From positions 1-64,000 of IMG/VR virus record IMGVR_UViG_3300030376_006980: DNA of 64,000 nucleotides. One strand, written 5' to 3'. Under the pieces are notes generated by a model, which made no database searches, had not been told where the DNA came from, and saw nothing but the letters and a program-made list of their open reading frames with translations. Positions 45,518 through 55,235 of this stretch are shown piece after piece. Each line of letters opens with the position of its first letter. Position 1 is the first letter of the stretch. The DNA is from a virus (lineage: Duplodnaviria; Caudoviricetes). A program made the position numbers and the translations under genes.

Positions 45518-47188
45518 ATGAATAATCATAAAATAAGAATAAACTTTTCTCATCATTATACGAGGCATATCTTAGCAGCATTAAAAACTACTGGTGCTGA
45601 TATAGAGCACGATCCTAACATTAAACCAGAATTTATTTATGTTAATGATGAATTGGTTGGTTACATTGCATGGTGGGACTCTCTTAAATTTACTCCAGCT
45701 AATCTTAAAGATATGGCAGATCATGATTTTAAAATTATTTTTAAGTTTCATTACAGTCCTAATGTTATAGATTATTCAATATATGGTAAATATGAAAATA
45801 GAATAGTACCTTGTGGATTATGGAGAACCTGGGAGACTGAAGATTCTAATTATAAATGGGATAAGAATAATATACTTAATAGACCAAGACCTATTGATCT
45901 TACTGCTCAAATGAGACATATTAATACAAGCAAACAATGGTACCCATGGTCTCATGCAAGATTTAAACTTAAAAAGATTGCAGAGGATATGAATAAGAGA
46001 GGATTTAATACTTCTTTTAAAATGATAGGTAGAAAAAATTATGAGAAAAGATTATTAGATACTAATGCAGCTTTTATTTGGAGTGCTACATCATACTTAG
46101 GTTGGAAAGTATGTGAATTTTTAGAACAAGGTGTTATAATGATAACAGAGCCATTAGGTAAGGATTATCCATTATGTAATGATGTTGTATTAGAAGATAA
46201 TGTTCATTGTGTATTTTGTGATGATCCTAATAAATTTGAAGACACTGTTAAAAAACTATTAGCAGATCCTCAGAGAATTAGAAGAATAAGAAAAAATATT
46301 TTGCATCTGTGGGAAACTAAATTAACACAAAAGCACGTAGGAAAATGGTATTTAGAAAAAATAATAAAAACTTACGAAGAAATGAAACCAAAAGAAAGCA
46401 TAAATGTTTCTTGGTGGAATAAAGATGGAAAAAACTGGGGTGATGCTCTTAATCCTGTTTTAGCAAAACATATTTCAGGTAAAAATATTAATTGGATAAA
46501 AACCGGTGAAAAGAGTAATGAACAAAGATATTATTGTATAGGAAGTATATTACAATCATCTATGTCTGAAGGGAGTGAAATATGGGGTACAGGTTTAATG
46601 AGATATGAACATAAATTAAAAGTTAAACCTAAAAAAATTCATGCAGTAAGAGGACCTTTAACTAGAGATAGTTTAATTAAACAAGGATTTGATTGTCCTG
46701 AAGTTTATGGAGACCCTGCTTTACTTTATCCAAGATTTTACAATCCTAATATTGATAAGAAATATGAATGGGGTATTATTCCTCATTACGTAGATAAAAA
46801 CCATCCTTGGTTAGACAGGTTTAGAAAAATGAAACATGTAAAAATCATTGATATTTTCGATCCTATTAATAAAGTGGTAGATGAAATAAAAAGTTGTAAT
46901 AGAATATTGTCCAGTTCTCTACATGGTGTTATTGCTGGAGATGCTTATGGTGTACCTTCTAAGTGGATAGTTCTTGGTGGAACAATTGGTGGTATGGAAA
47001 GATATGAAGGAAAGGTTTCGTGTTTTAAGTTTAGAGATTATTATGCATCAGTTAAAAGGACTGACATTGAACCTATTTTATGTACTCCTAACATAAGATT
47101 ATTAGATATTAAAAAACAATTTGTAGATTATAAAATTGATATTGATTTAGATCTTCTTTATGAATCTTGCCCTTTTAAACAATCTTAA
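45518..47188 (+). CDS. Fusion: GT-B (CgeB/GT1-like) domain plus polysaccharide pyruvyl transferase
   Basis: N-terminal WKVCEFLEQG..MITE, EDNVHCVF; C-terminal NWGDAL, VRGPLT, GDPALL, SSLHG. Confidence 0.7.
   Translation: MNNHKIRINFSHHYTRHILAALKTTGADIEHDPNIKPEFIYVNDELVGYIAWWDSLKFTPANLKDMADHDFKIIFKFHYSPNVIDYSIYGKYENRIVPCGLWRTWETEDSNYKWDKNNILNRPRPIDLTAQMRHINTSKQWYPWSHARFKLKKIAEDMNKRGFNTSFKMIGRKNYEKRLLDTNAAFIWSATSYLGWKVCEFLEQGVIMITEPLGKDYPLCNDVVLEDNVHCVFCDDPNKFEDTVKKLLADPQRIRRIRKNILHLWETKLTQKHVGKWYLEKIIKTYEEMKPKESINVSWWNKDGKNWGDALNPVLAKHISGKNINWIKTGEKSNEQRYYCIGSILQSSMSEGSEIWGTGLMRYEHKLKVKPKKIHAVRGPLTRDSLIKQGFDCPEVYGDPALLYPRFYNPNIDKKYEWGIIPHYVDKNHPWLDRFRKMKHVKIIDIFDPINKVVDEIKSCNRILSSSLHGVIAGDAYGVPSKWIVLGGTIGGMERYEGKVSCFKFRDYYASVKRTDIEPILCTPNIRLLDIKKQFVDYKIDIDLDLLYESCPFKQS
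46682..46737 (+). repeat. 56-bp perfect direct repeat, copy 2
   Basis: Identical to 45029..45084. Confidence 0.9.
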
Positions 47189-47203
47189 TTTTAAACATAT
47201 AAA
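47176..47203 (+). promoter_or_regulatory. Class B promoter (TAAACA-N16-TATAAA), internal to the glycan cluster
   Basis: Upstream of the aminotransferase. Confidence 0.65.
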
Positions 47204-47219
47204 AATAAATACTCTTATT

Positions 47220-47861
47220 ATGAAAAACATATATGATGTAACTGAAACATTTGAAAATCAATTAGCAAATTACACTGGTGCTAAATATGTTGTGACTGTA
47301 GATAATGCAAGTAATGGGCTCTTTTTAGCTTTATACTATGAAAATCATGTAAAGAAGAGTATTAAGAACAATACAATAACTATTCCTAATCGTACTTACC
47401 CATCAGTACCTTGTGAGATTATTCATGCAGGTTTAAAAGTAGGTTGGGAAAAGGTAAAAGGAAAAACAATTAAAGGTGCGTATCCACTTAAAGGATCTAA
47501 TGTATGGGATGCTGCATTATCTTTTACTCATAATATGTATAAACCTAATACTCATATGTGTTGTTCCTTTACAGGACCTTATAAACATTTTAAATTATCT
47601 AAAGGTGGTGCCATCTTAACTGATGATTATGATGCCTATCTTTGGTTTAGGAGAGCAAGATATAGCGGGAGAAGACCAGTTTCATATCATGATGATAATT
47701 TTGATATGTTAGGTTGGAATTTTTATATGATGCCAGAATTAGCAGCAAGAGGAATATTATTGATGGGCCAGTTTTATGATTTAAATGGAATGCCTATTTA
47801 TAATGAAGATAAAGAAATGCCATATCCAGATTTAAGTAAGTTTAAAATTTACAATCAATAA
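47220..47861 (+). CDS. Short DegT/DnrJ/EryC1/StrS PLP-dependent sugar aminotransferase
   Basis: FENQLANYTG, VDNASNGL, SFTGPYKHF..GGAILTDD, GWNFYM; start corrected to 47220. Confidence 0.78.
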   Translation: MKNIYDVTETFENQLANYTGAKYVVTVDNASNGLFLALYYENHVKKSIKNNTITIPNRTYPSVPCEIIHAGLKVGWEKVKGKTIKGAYPLKGSNVWDAALSFTHNMYKPNTHMCCSFTGPYKHFKLSKGGAILTDDYDAYLWFRRARYSGRRPVSYHDDNFDMLGWNFYMMPELAARGILLMGQFYDLNGMPIYNEDKEMPYPDLSKFKIYNQ

Positions 47862-47869
47862 ATTATAAG

Positions 47870-48655
47870 ATGAGCGAATATTTACACCCATCAATAAATG
47901 ATAATACATTAGTTGAAATTTTAAAAGAAAAAGTTAGAACTAATACACCATTTGCTTTAACTAGATTTGGAGATGGCGAAATTTTTATTATCAATAAAAA
48001 TGCTCGTGAAAAATTCTTAATTAAAAATTTAAACCTTTGGGGTTATAAGTATCCTAGTGAAATTAATTCTTTTTATAATGATTGCAATAGAGTATTAAAA
48101 AATGCTTTTATCAAATCAGATATAATAGGATTAATGAATAAAGATTGGGCTTTTGGAAATTTATCACATTCAGCAAGTCAATTAAGATCTTTTTATAGGG
48201 CATGGTCTATTAACACTGATATTGTAAAAGGTATGGGTTTAAATCCAGAAAAATTGAAAATATGTAATCACATGGTAAGTAGGTCACGTGAACTAGGTTC
48301 TATTCAAGGTTTTAAAGATATTATCCAAGGTAAAGATTTTCATATAATTTCACCTAATGTAGAATTACATAAAAGTAAAAATTTAGAAAAGTTTTTTGAT
48401 GTTAATATAGGTTACACTCATCATCCACATTCTCTTAATTTTAATAACAGAAAGGAATTTATAAGTAACTTTAAAAACATAAAAGAAGATATTGTAATTA
48501 TGGGAATAGGTTTACAAAAAGATTATGGTGTTATTCTTAGAGATGAATGTGGAAAGATTGCTATAGACATGGGTGCAACGATGGATGCATGGGCAGGGAT
48601 TAAAAGTAGAGCATGGTTTAAAGAAGGAGGAAAACAAGACTATTTATTATTATGA
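47870..48655 (+). CDS. GT-D fold (DUF1792-like) glycosyltransferase
   Basis: FALTRFGDGE, IAIDMG..MDAW. Confidence 0.65.
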   Translation: MSEYLHPSINDNTLVEILKEKVRTNTPFALTRFGDGEIFIINKNAREKFLIKNLNLWGYKYPSEINSFYNDCNRVLKNAFIKSDIIGLMNKDWAFGNLSHSASQLRSFYRAWSINTDIVKGMGLNPEKLKICNHMVSRSRELGSIQGFKDIIQGKDFHIISPNVELHKSKNLEKFFDVNIGYTHHPHSLNFNNRKEFISNFKNIKEDIVIMGIGLQKDYGVILRDECGKIAIDMGATMDAWAGIKSRAWFKEGGKQDYLLL

Positions 48656-49311
48656 AAATATTTTGTATAGGATATAATAAGACCGGTACAACTTCTCTTT
48701 ATCAATCTATTAAAGAATTAGGTAAATACAATCGTAATGCAAAAAGAGTGTTTATGCCTGAAGGAGAATTACTAATGCATAGTGTAGCAAAAGGTAATTT
48801 AAAAGCTGTTACTGATTGGGTTGAGAAAAGAAATGATATAGAATTATTTAAGGATGTTCCGTTTAGTATACCCGGTGTGTGGAAAGCTATTTATAAAAAA
48901 TATCCAGATGCTATTTATATTTTAAGTGAAAGAGATTCAAGTGAACAGTGGTATAATTCTATTGTTAATTTTCACCGAGGTTTTTATTCCTCTGATAATC
49001 CTTCATGGGACGATGTTTCTGAAGTTTCATACGGATATAAGAAAACTGAAAACTATAATAGTTTTATGTATGATTACTTATCTTATACATTTGGTAAAGA
49101 ATTACAACCTTATGATAAAGATAATTTTATAGCTTCATATGAATCATATAATAACGAAATCAAAGAATTTTTTAAAGATAAGGATAACTTTATTTCTATC
49201 AATGTTTCTAATGATAATGATTATTTAAAAGTATGTTCACTTCTAGGAAAGAATCCTATAAGTAATAAATTCTTAAAGCTTAAGGTAACTGGATTACCAG
49301 AAACTTGGTAA
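48652..49311 (+). CDS. Sulfotransferase-family protein
   Basis: KIFCIGYNKTGTTSL 5'-PSB loop, ILSERDSSEQWYNS. Confidence 0.72.
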   Translation: MKIFCIGYNKTGTTSLYQSIKELGKYNRNAKRVFMPEGELLMHSVAKGNLKAVTDWVEKRNDIELFKDVPFSIPGVWKAIYKKYPDAIYILSERDSSEQWYNSIVNFHRGFYSSDNPSWDDVSEVSYGYKKTENYNSFMYDYLSYTFGKELQPYDKDNFIASYESYNNEIKEFFKDKDNFISINVSNDNDYLKVCSLLGKNPISNKFLKLKVTGLPETW

Positions 49312-49327
49312 ATAAAAATACAATATA

Positions 49328-49972
49328 ATGATAGAAAATATTAAAAAGATTTTACAAAAAGAAATTGATGCTATTGGAAATATTCCTTTAGATAATAATT
49401 ATAAAGGTGCAGTTAATTTAATTATAGGTTGTAATAAATTAGTAACTTCAGGAATGGGTAAAGCTGGGCAAATTGCTTTAAACATTTCAACCACATTTAG
49501 TTCAACTGGAACACCATCTGTTTACTTACATCCTAGTGAAGCACAACATGGAGATTTAGGAATTTTACAAGAAGGTGATGTTTTACTTTTACTTTCCAAT
49601 TCAGGAAAGACTAGAGAAATTTTAGAATTAATACAATTAGCAAAAAACATATATCCTAATATTCATATAATCAGCATAACAGGCAAAAAAGAAAGTGAAC
49701 TATGTAAACAATCAGATATATGTTTACACATTGGTGATGCTGAAGAAATTTGCCCTTTAGGATTAACACCTACAATTTCAACAACTCTTATGACTGTTAT
49801 GGGTGATCTGCTTGTAGTTGAAACAATGAAAGCAATAGGCTTTACTAAAAAGGAATATTCAAAAAGACATCACAGTGGTTATTTAGGACAAAAAAGTAAA
49901 GAAGAATCAAAATATCCACCTGGTAGTTTATTAAATGAATTACCTCCTAGTGATTATCAATTAGATAACTAA
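49328..49972 (+). CDS. kdsD: Arabinose-5-phosphate isomerase (SIS-only, no CBS domains)
   Basis: SGMGKAGQIA, STGTP, HPSEAQHGDLG, SNSGKTRE, E.CPLGLTPT.ST, HHSGYLG. Confidence 0.88.
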   Translation: MIENIKKILQKEIDAIGNIPLDNNYKGAVNLIIGCNKLVTSGMGKAGQIALNISTTFSSTGTPSVYLHPSEAQHGDLGILQEGDVLLLLSNSGKTREILELIQLAKNIYPNIHIISITGKKESELCKQSDICLHIGDAEEICPLGLTPTISTTLMTVMGDLLVVETMKAIGFTKKEYSKRHHSGYLGQKSKEESKYPPGSLLNELPPSDYQLDN

Positions 49973-50682
49973 TGAAAAAAGTAATTGCAATTATACCTGC
50001 AAGGTGGGGATCCACTAGGTTACCAGGAAAACCTTTAGCTGACATTAATGGCAAGCCTATGATACAGTGGGTATATGAAGCCGTACAAAAATCTAAAGCA
50101 GATAAAGTTGTAGTGGCTACCGATCATAATCTTATCTTTGAAGCAGTAAATAATTTTGGTGGAGAAGCAGTCATGACTAATCCTAAACATTTAACAGGAA
50201 CTGATAGAATTTTAGAAGCTTATCAATCCTACAAGGATGATTATAATTTTGTAATAAATGTACAAGGTGATGAACCTATAATTAATGAACAGGATATTAA
50301 TAATCTGATTGCTACATTATATAGAGATCCTTATTGTATAGCAACTTTAATAGGTTCAATTACCCCGAAGCAAAAACTTGATAGAAATACTGTTAAAGCT
50401 ATTTATGATCAAGAAAGAATAATAATGTTTACTAGGAGCCCATTATTCGGATCTCCTTTATTTGTTAAAAGACATATTGGAATTTATGGGTTTAATAAAG
50501 CAATGGCAGAACGTATTGATAATAACATAATGATTGAAACTTCAAATGAAATTGTAGAAAACCTTGAGCAACTAAGATGGGGTGAGAATGGAATTGAATT
50601 TACATATGCTTTTGCGGATGGTTTATATAAAGGAATAGATACACAAGAAGATTTAGATTATGTAAGAACTTACTTAAACTAA
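49972..50682 (+). CDS. kdsB: CMP-Kdo synthetase (3-deoxy-manno-octulosonate cytidylyltransferase)
   Basis: IPARWGSTRLPGKPL, TGTDR, NVQGDEP, RHIGIYG, ENLEQLRW. Confidence 0.9.
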   Translation: MKKVIAIIPARWGSTRLPGKPLADINGKPMIQWVYEAVQKSKADKVVVATDHNLIFEAVNNFGGEAVMTNPKHLTGTDRILEAYQSYKDDYNFVINVQGDEPIINEQDINNLIATLYRDPYCIATLIGSITPKQKLDRNTVKAIYDQERIIMFTRSPLFGSPLFVKRHIGIYGFNKAMAERIDNNIMIETSNEIVENLEQLRWGENGIEFTYAFADGLYKGIDTQEDLDYVRTYLN

Positions 50683-50702
50683 ATTTAAAAATTACATATA
50701 AT
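50675..50702 (+). promoter_or_regulatory. Class B promoter (TAAACT-N16-TATAAT)
   Basis: Upstream of 50715. Confidence 0.6.
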
Positions 50703-50714
50703 AATAAATGGATT

Positions 50715-50945
50715 ATGTTTAAATTATATCAGAAAATTAGAAGTTGGTTTTTACCAAAACACGAAGGATCATTTGGATGGTCACCAGAAGAATTTGTAAA
50801 GGCTAGGAGATGGGCTAAAACACAACCTCATCCTTCAGTTCCACAATTAAGCTTATGGGACTTTGTGAATTCTAATCATATTGATTCTGAATATAAATTA
50901 AATGCAATTAATAAAGTTAAAACAAATAATAAGTCCACCATATAA
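50715..50945 (+). CDS. Hypothetical protein
   Basis: 76-aa ORF. Confidence 0.55.
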   Translation: MFKLYQKIRSWFLPKHEGSFGWSPEEFVKARRWAKTQPHPSVPQLSLWDFVNSNHIDSEYKLNAINKVKTNNKSTI

Positions 50946-50952
50946 TTAAATA

Positions 50953-51210
50953 ATGGCAATGGAAGGAAAACAAATGAACATTGATTTAGATTCAACATTA
51001 GAAATAGTGTGTGATGAATGTGGTCATAATGTATTCAGACCGGCTTTCTTTTTAAGAAAGGTAAGTAGGTTTATTTCACCAGACGGCCAAGATAGATTAT
51101 TACCATTAGATACGATGGAATGTAGTAAATGTGGAAACATTAATAAAGAATTTCAGGCAGCAACGCCGAAACCTAAAACAAAAACAAATAAAGATGGCAA
51201 AAGAAATTAA
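50953..51210 (+). CDS. Zinc-ribbon hypothetical protein
   Basis: CDECG...CSKCG. Confidence 0.65.
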   Translation: MAMEGKQMNIDLDSTLEIVCDECGHNVFRPAFFLRKVSRFISPDGQDRLLPLDTMECSKCGNINKEFQAATPKPKTKTNKDGKRN

Positions 51211-51802
51211 ATTAAACACAGAAGAAAAATCTGAATACACTCCAAGAAAAATGAGTGAAATTATTGCAGATAAAAGAGCTGCATTAAAAAAGAATGAAGA
51301 ATTGCTTAGAAGTCTTCAAACTAATCAGTATGATATTCCAGTAGGTTCTGTAAAACTTTATAAACAAATAATGAAGTTTTTAGAAAAAGAAGCTGATTGG
51401 GGTCATACTACTGCAACAGGTTTGATTATGTTATACTCTAATATGAAAGAACAACAACCAGTAACTAGAGAAAAGGACTGGGATGGAATTATTAAATTAA
51501 GAGGTACAAGTATTACTATCTTTTGGACAATGATTACTTCAATGAAAGGTAAAGGATTTTATGCTGCTCGTGATTTTGTAGAATTGATGGCTGCATTTGG
51601 TTCAGATCTTTCTAGTGTAGTTGGAAAGGTTCATGAAGATAACCAAGCTCTTAGAGAAAATCATGCTCGTATGTCTGAATTGGATCAAGAAGTAAATCAC
51701 CCAGAGGTTATTCTTGATGTTGCAATTGATAAATACAATGCAGTTGAAGAGGAGTTAAACCAATTAATGGATGAAGTTGATCCAGTTGTAGAAACAGTGT
51801 AA
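51194..51802 (+). CDS. Hypothetical helical protein
   Basis: Start corrected to 51194. Confidence 0.6.
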   Translation: MAKEIKLNTEEKSEYTPRKMSEIIADKRAALKKNEELLRSLQTNQYDIPVGSVKLYKQIMKFLEKEADWGHTTATGLIMLYSNMKEQQPVTREKDWDGIIKLRGTSITIFWTMITSMKGKGFYAARDFVELMAAFGSDLSSVVGKVHEDNQALRENHARMSELDQEVNHPEVILDVAIDKYNAVEEELNQLMDEVDPVVETV

Positions 51803-51804
51803 GT

Positions 51805-52053
51805 ATGGGATTCCACAAAAGACATATTGATAACGAACAAGTTTTAAGGCTTTATGAAGATGGTGGAATTAATAGAATACGTGATTGGTACACAAAAGGT
51901 GTAGATGCATTAATAACAGAAACCGGCCTGGCTTCACGGGTCGGTCATGTTATTTCAGACGATGAATGGACTCAAATGGGCACAGTTCGACAAGACGAGG
52001 AAATATTCAAATTAATTAGAGAAGAATACGGAACTCCTGTAGTTAAAAAATAA
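51805..52053 (+). CDS. Hypothetical protein (MGFHKRHI)
   Basis: 82-aa ORF. Confidence 0.55.
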   Translation: MGFHKRHIDNEQVLRLYEDGGINRIRDWYTKGVDALITETGLASRVGHVISDDEWTQMGTVRQDEEIFKLIREEYGTPVVKK

Positions 52054-52095
52054 CTTCTTCCTTGTTGAATAAATAAAGAAAACAAACTATTTAAC

Positions 52096-53157
52096 ATGGA
52101 ACATATTAAAGACTATAAATTATTTAAAGAGTCTCTACAAACCGATTTAATTACTGAAAGATTTAGTTCATCTATTCTTAGAGATTTTGCTTCTCAAGAT
52201 GGATTAAAATCAAGATGGAGAGGTAACTTAGCAAAGGATATGCAAAAATTTGCTAACCTTGCTATTGATAAAATTTCAGATGCAGATTTTACTACAACCA
52301 CACCAGCAGCTTATTGGAAAGGCCCTGATGCTAAAGATCCTAACAAAGTAGGATTCTTTGTTGATGATGACAAAAATTTCATTAAGTGGGCAAAGGCAAA
52401 CAAAAAATATTTACCAGGTTCATTAGATTTAAATAACATTTCTAAATATGGAGTGGTACTTTCTGTTGTTAGAGGTGGTGTTGGTATGTGGTCTGGTTTC
52501 CAAATGGATAGAGGATCAACTTACAGCAGACATAGAAAAGGTGCAGATGATAGATATGGAGTTCTTGCAAAAGATTATGAAACCAGTTCTTTATATAAGG
52601 GATGGGACGGTGCTCCTGCTGCTAAAGTAACAAGAAAGAATCTTATTGATGCCGCAACTCGTGTATATGTTTTAGATTTAAATAGTTTAAGAGACAAATA
52701 CGATGTAAGTGGATTAAAATCAGATCGTGCAAATTCTAAAGCTGGTGCAACTGCCTTAAAAACTGCTAAAGAGATTAAAGATGAAAACCGTAAAAGGTAT
52801 ACTGCTATCTTACAAGATAAAGCAGCAATGACTGATATTGATAAAGCCGTTAGAGATTCAATTGAATTATTAAACACTCATATCTCTGATGCTTTAGATA
52901 AAGGTGAAATGGATCAATTTGGAAACTTTGTTATTGGCAAAAGTCCTAGAGGTAGATCTGTATCAATTAAAGACGGTGCAGGTGCTATCAGAAATATGTT
53001 AGATGACTACCAAAGATATAAGGATTATGAAAGGCAAGATAAAGAAGCAAAGGCTGAAGGTAGAGAAGATAACTATTATGCAAGAGAAGTAAAGGCTTAT
53101 GCTAAAAGACTTACTGATTATGCTAAGAAAGTAAAGGATAAAAATTACGGCTGGTAA
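52096..53157 (+). CDS. Internal head protein candidate (CTS-like)
   Basis: MEHIKDYKLFKES...LITE|R; late motif TTGAATAAATAA upstream. Confidence 0.6.
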   Translation: MEHIKDYKLFKESLQTDLITERFSSSILRDFASQDGLKSRWRGNLAKDMQKFANLAIDKISDADFTTTTPAAYWKGPDAKDPNKVGFFVDDDKNFIKWAKANKKYLPGSLDLNNISKYGVVLSVVRGGVGMWSGFQMDRGSTYSRHRKGADDRYGVLAKDYETSSLYKGWDGAPAAKVTRKNLIDAATRVYVLDLNSLRDKYDVSGLKSDRANSKAGATALKTAKEIKDENRKRYTAILQDKAAMTDIDKAVRDSIELLNTHISDALDKGEMDQFGNFVIGKSPRGRSVSIKDGAGAIRNMLDDYQRYKDYERQDKEAKAEGREDNYYAREVKAYAKRLTDYAKKVKDKNYGW

Positions 53158-53159
53158 TT

Positions 53160-54662
53160 ATGAAATATATTAGAGGAATAAATGAAGCTTTCATTGGCCC
53201 TTTTGTTTTTAGTGAAAGAATGTCCGATGATGAATTAAAAGGAATGTATAATGCAGCTATTGATGGTTACTCTTATCATCAAAAAGGTATGCAATATTCT
53301 AAGTCAGATTACAAGAAAGCATATATGGCTATTGAAAAGATCTTAAAGAAAAGGGGAATTAAGGTAGATGAAGGCAGGAGAATTGATGAAGCTTTGCTTG
53401 AAAATGCAGTTAGAGATCTACATTTTGAAACAGATCCTAAAAAAGCAGAAGAAATGAAAATAGCTATCGGTGCATCTCAAGGAGAAGTTATAAGGCGTAA
53501 ACAAATTGAAGGCGGTAATTATTCATTAAGAAGATTTAGAAAAGAGATTAAATATGATAAGACTGGTAAAGATCTTGGTGTATTTAAACCTGGCAGTTAT
53601 ATGGCTGCTACTTCTAAATTAGGTGATGGCCCTCACAAGAAAGCTGTTGCTAAAGTAAAATGGAATAGAAAGAAATATGACCAATGGTTAAAAGATGTCG
53701 CGTCAAACGATGGTTGGAGAAATGCTTATGACATGGCGCAAAATGCTAAACACGAACCAGGTCTATTACAATGGGCTAAAAAAGAATTTAGAGGTGAAGA
53801 TGTAATGCAAAGAATTCAATGGGATATTGAAGCATTTGCAGAATCTGTAGTTAACGAAAAGAACTTTATTAAAAAATATACAGAATTTTTATTAGAAAAG
53901 AAAAAGGAAAAAGAATCCTTTGAAGATAAAATTGAAGGTGATGGATACTATAAAGGTATATCTACATCAACCGCTCGCCAAAAGGTGGATCAAATGAAAA
54001 AGCAATCTCAGATGTCTGATGATGATCCAGATGCTTATAAAGAAATGCCAGGTGATACTAAAGGTAAAAAACTTTTAAAGAAATCTAAACACACTAAAGC
54101 ATTTGATGATTTATATGCTGATGAAGCCTTAGAAGAAATGGTTACTAATGAAAGTGTAATGAGTGAATTACATGTAATGATGGAGGAGGCTAAAAACTTT
54201 AATCAGTTTAGAAAAATGTTTTATGAAGAGTTTAGTGATAAAGTTAAACCTAATAAAGATATGGATTCTTGGTTAAAATCATTATATGAAGAAGGTTTAG
54301 GTGAAAGTCTTGAAGAAAAGGCAGGTGGAGATAGAAGTCCTATTAAAGGAAAAGGAATAGAGACAGGCCTTAAAAAGAAATCAGAACAAACAGGTGTATC
54401 ATTACCATTATTAAGATTAGTAATGAGGAGAGGTATGGCTGCATGGAAAAGTGGACATAGACCTGGTGCTGGGCAAGAACAATGGGGTTATGCTAGAGTT
54501 AATTCATTTTTAACTAAAGCTCCTGGTACTTGGGGAAGACCATTAGATAATCCTAAAAAGAATGGACCTAAAGGAAAATTTGGAGCTGATGCTGATATTG
54601 CTAAAGAAGTAATTAAAAAAGGCGAGGATAAGAAATTAAAAACAACAGGCTTACCTAAGTAA
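53160..54662 (+). CDS. Multi-domain internal head polyprotein candidate
   Basis: MKYIRGINE|A; internal NFIKKYTEFLLE; C-terminal RRGMAAWKSGHRPG..QEQWGYARVNSF domain. Confidence 0.6.
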   Translation: MKYIRGINEAFIGPFVFSERMSDDELKGMYNAAIDGYSYHQKGMQYSKSDYKKAYMAIEKILKKRGIKVDEGRRIDEALLENAVRDLHFETDPKKAEEMKIAIGASQGEVIRRKQIEGGNYSLRRFRKEIKYDKTGKDLGVFKPGSYMAATSKLGDGPHKKAVAKVKWNRKKYDQWLKDVASNDGWRNAYDMAQNAKHEPGLLQWAKKEFRGEDVMQRIQWDIEAFAESVVNEKNFIKKYTEFLLEKKKEKESFEDKIEGDGYYKGISTSTARQKVDQMKKQSQMSDDDPDAYKEMPGDTKGKKLLKKSKHTKAFDDLYADEALEEMVTNESVMSELHVMMEEAKNFNQFRKMFYEEFSDKVKPNKDMDSWLKSLYEEGLGESLEEKAGGDRSPIKGKGIETGLKKKSEQTGVSLPLLRLVMRRGMAAWKSGHRPGAGQEQWGYARVNSFLTKAPGTWGRPLDNPKKNGPKGKFGADADIAKEVIKKGEDKKLKTTGLPK

Positions 54663-55207
54663 TGAAATTTATAAAAGGCTTTAAGGATTTTAAAAATGTA
54701 TCTGAAGAATTAAAATATCATGTGGATAATGGTATAGGTTTAGATGATACTGTTTTTCGTTTAGGATCTGATGCTCATAGTAAACTTTTTGAAGAAGCTA
54801 AACAATATTGGGATGAAGGAAATCTAATATTAAAAGGTAAAAGTGGGTGGATGGCTAAGAACCTTGAAGTAGGTAAGAAAGCAATTTATAAAGATCGTAA
54901 ATCAGGTAGAACAAAAGATGTTAAACTTGATTCACCAGAAAGAGGAGGCAACAGAAAGTTTATTGTTTATCGTAATAGTGGAAGAACTGATAAAGAAACA
55001 GGAAAGATAGTTGCTAAGAAAATAGAATGGGGCGATCCTAAATTAGCTGTTAAGAATGATGATCCAGGAAGAGCTGCTAGTTTTTGGGCAAGACACCAAT
55101 GTGATCAAAAGAAAAAGATGGATCCTAATAAAGCTGGTTTTTGGGCATGTTATGGGCCAAGTCTATTTGGAAAGCAGTTAGGATTAAAAAGTACTAATCC
55201 TTGGTAA
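54662..55207 (+). CDS. Internal head protein candidate (CTS-like)
   Basis: MKFIKGFKDFKNVSE|E; WGDP...RAASFWARHQC...AGFWAC. Confidence 0.55.
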   Translation: MKFIKGFKDFKNVSEELKYHVDNGIGLDDTVFRLGSDAHSKLFEEAKQYWDEGNLILKGKSGWMAKNLEVGKKAIYKDRKSGRTKDVKLDSPERGGNRKFIVYRNSGRTDKETGKIVAKKIEWGDPKLAVKNDDPGRAASFWARHQCDQKKKMDPNKAGFWACYGPSLFGKQLGLKSTNPW

Positions 55208-55235
55208 ATAAATAATAAAATAAAAATAATAAACA

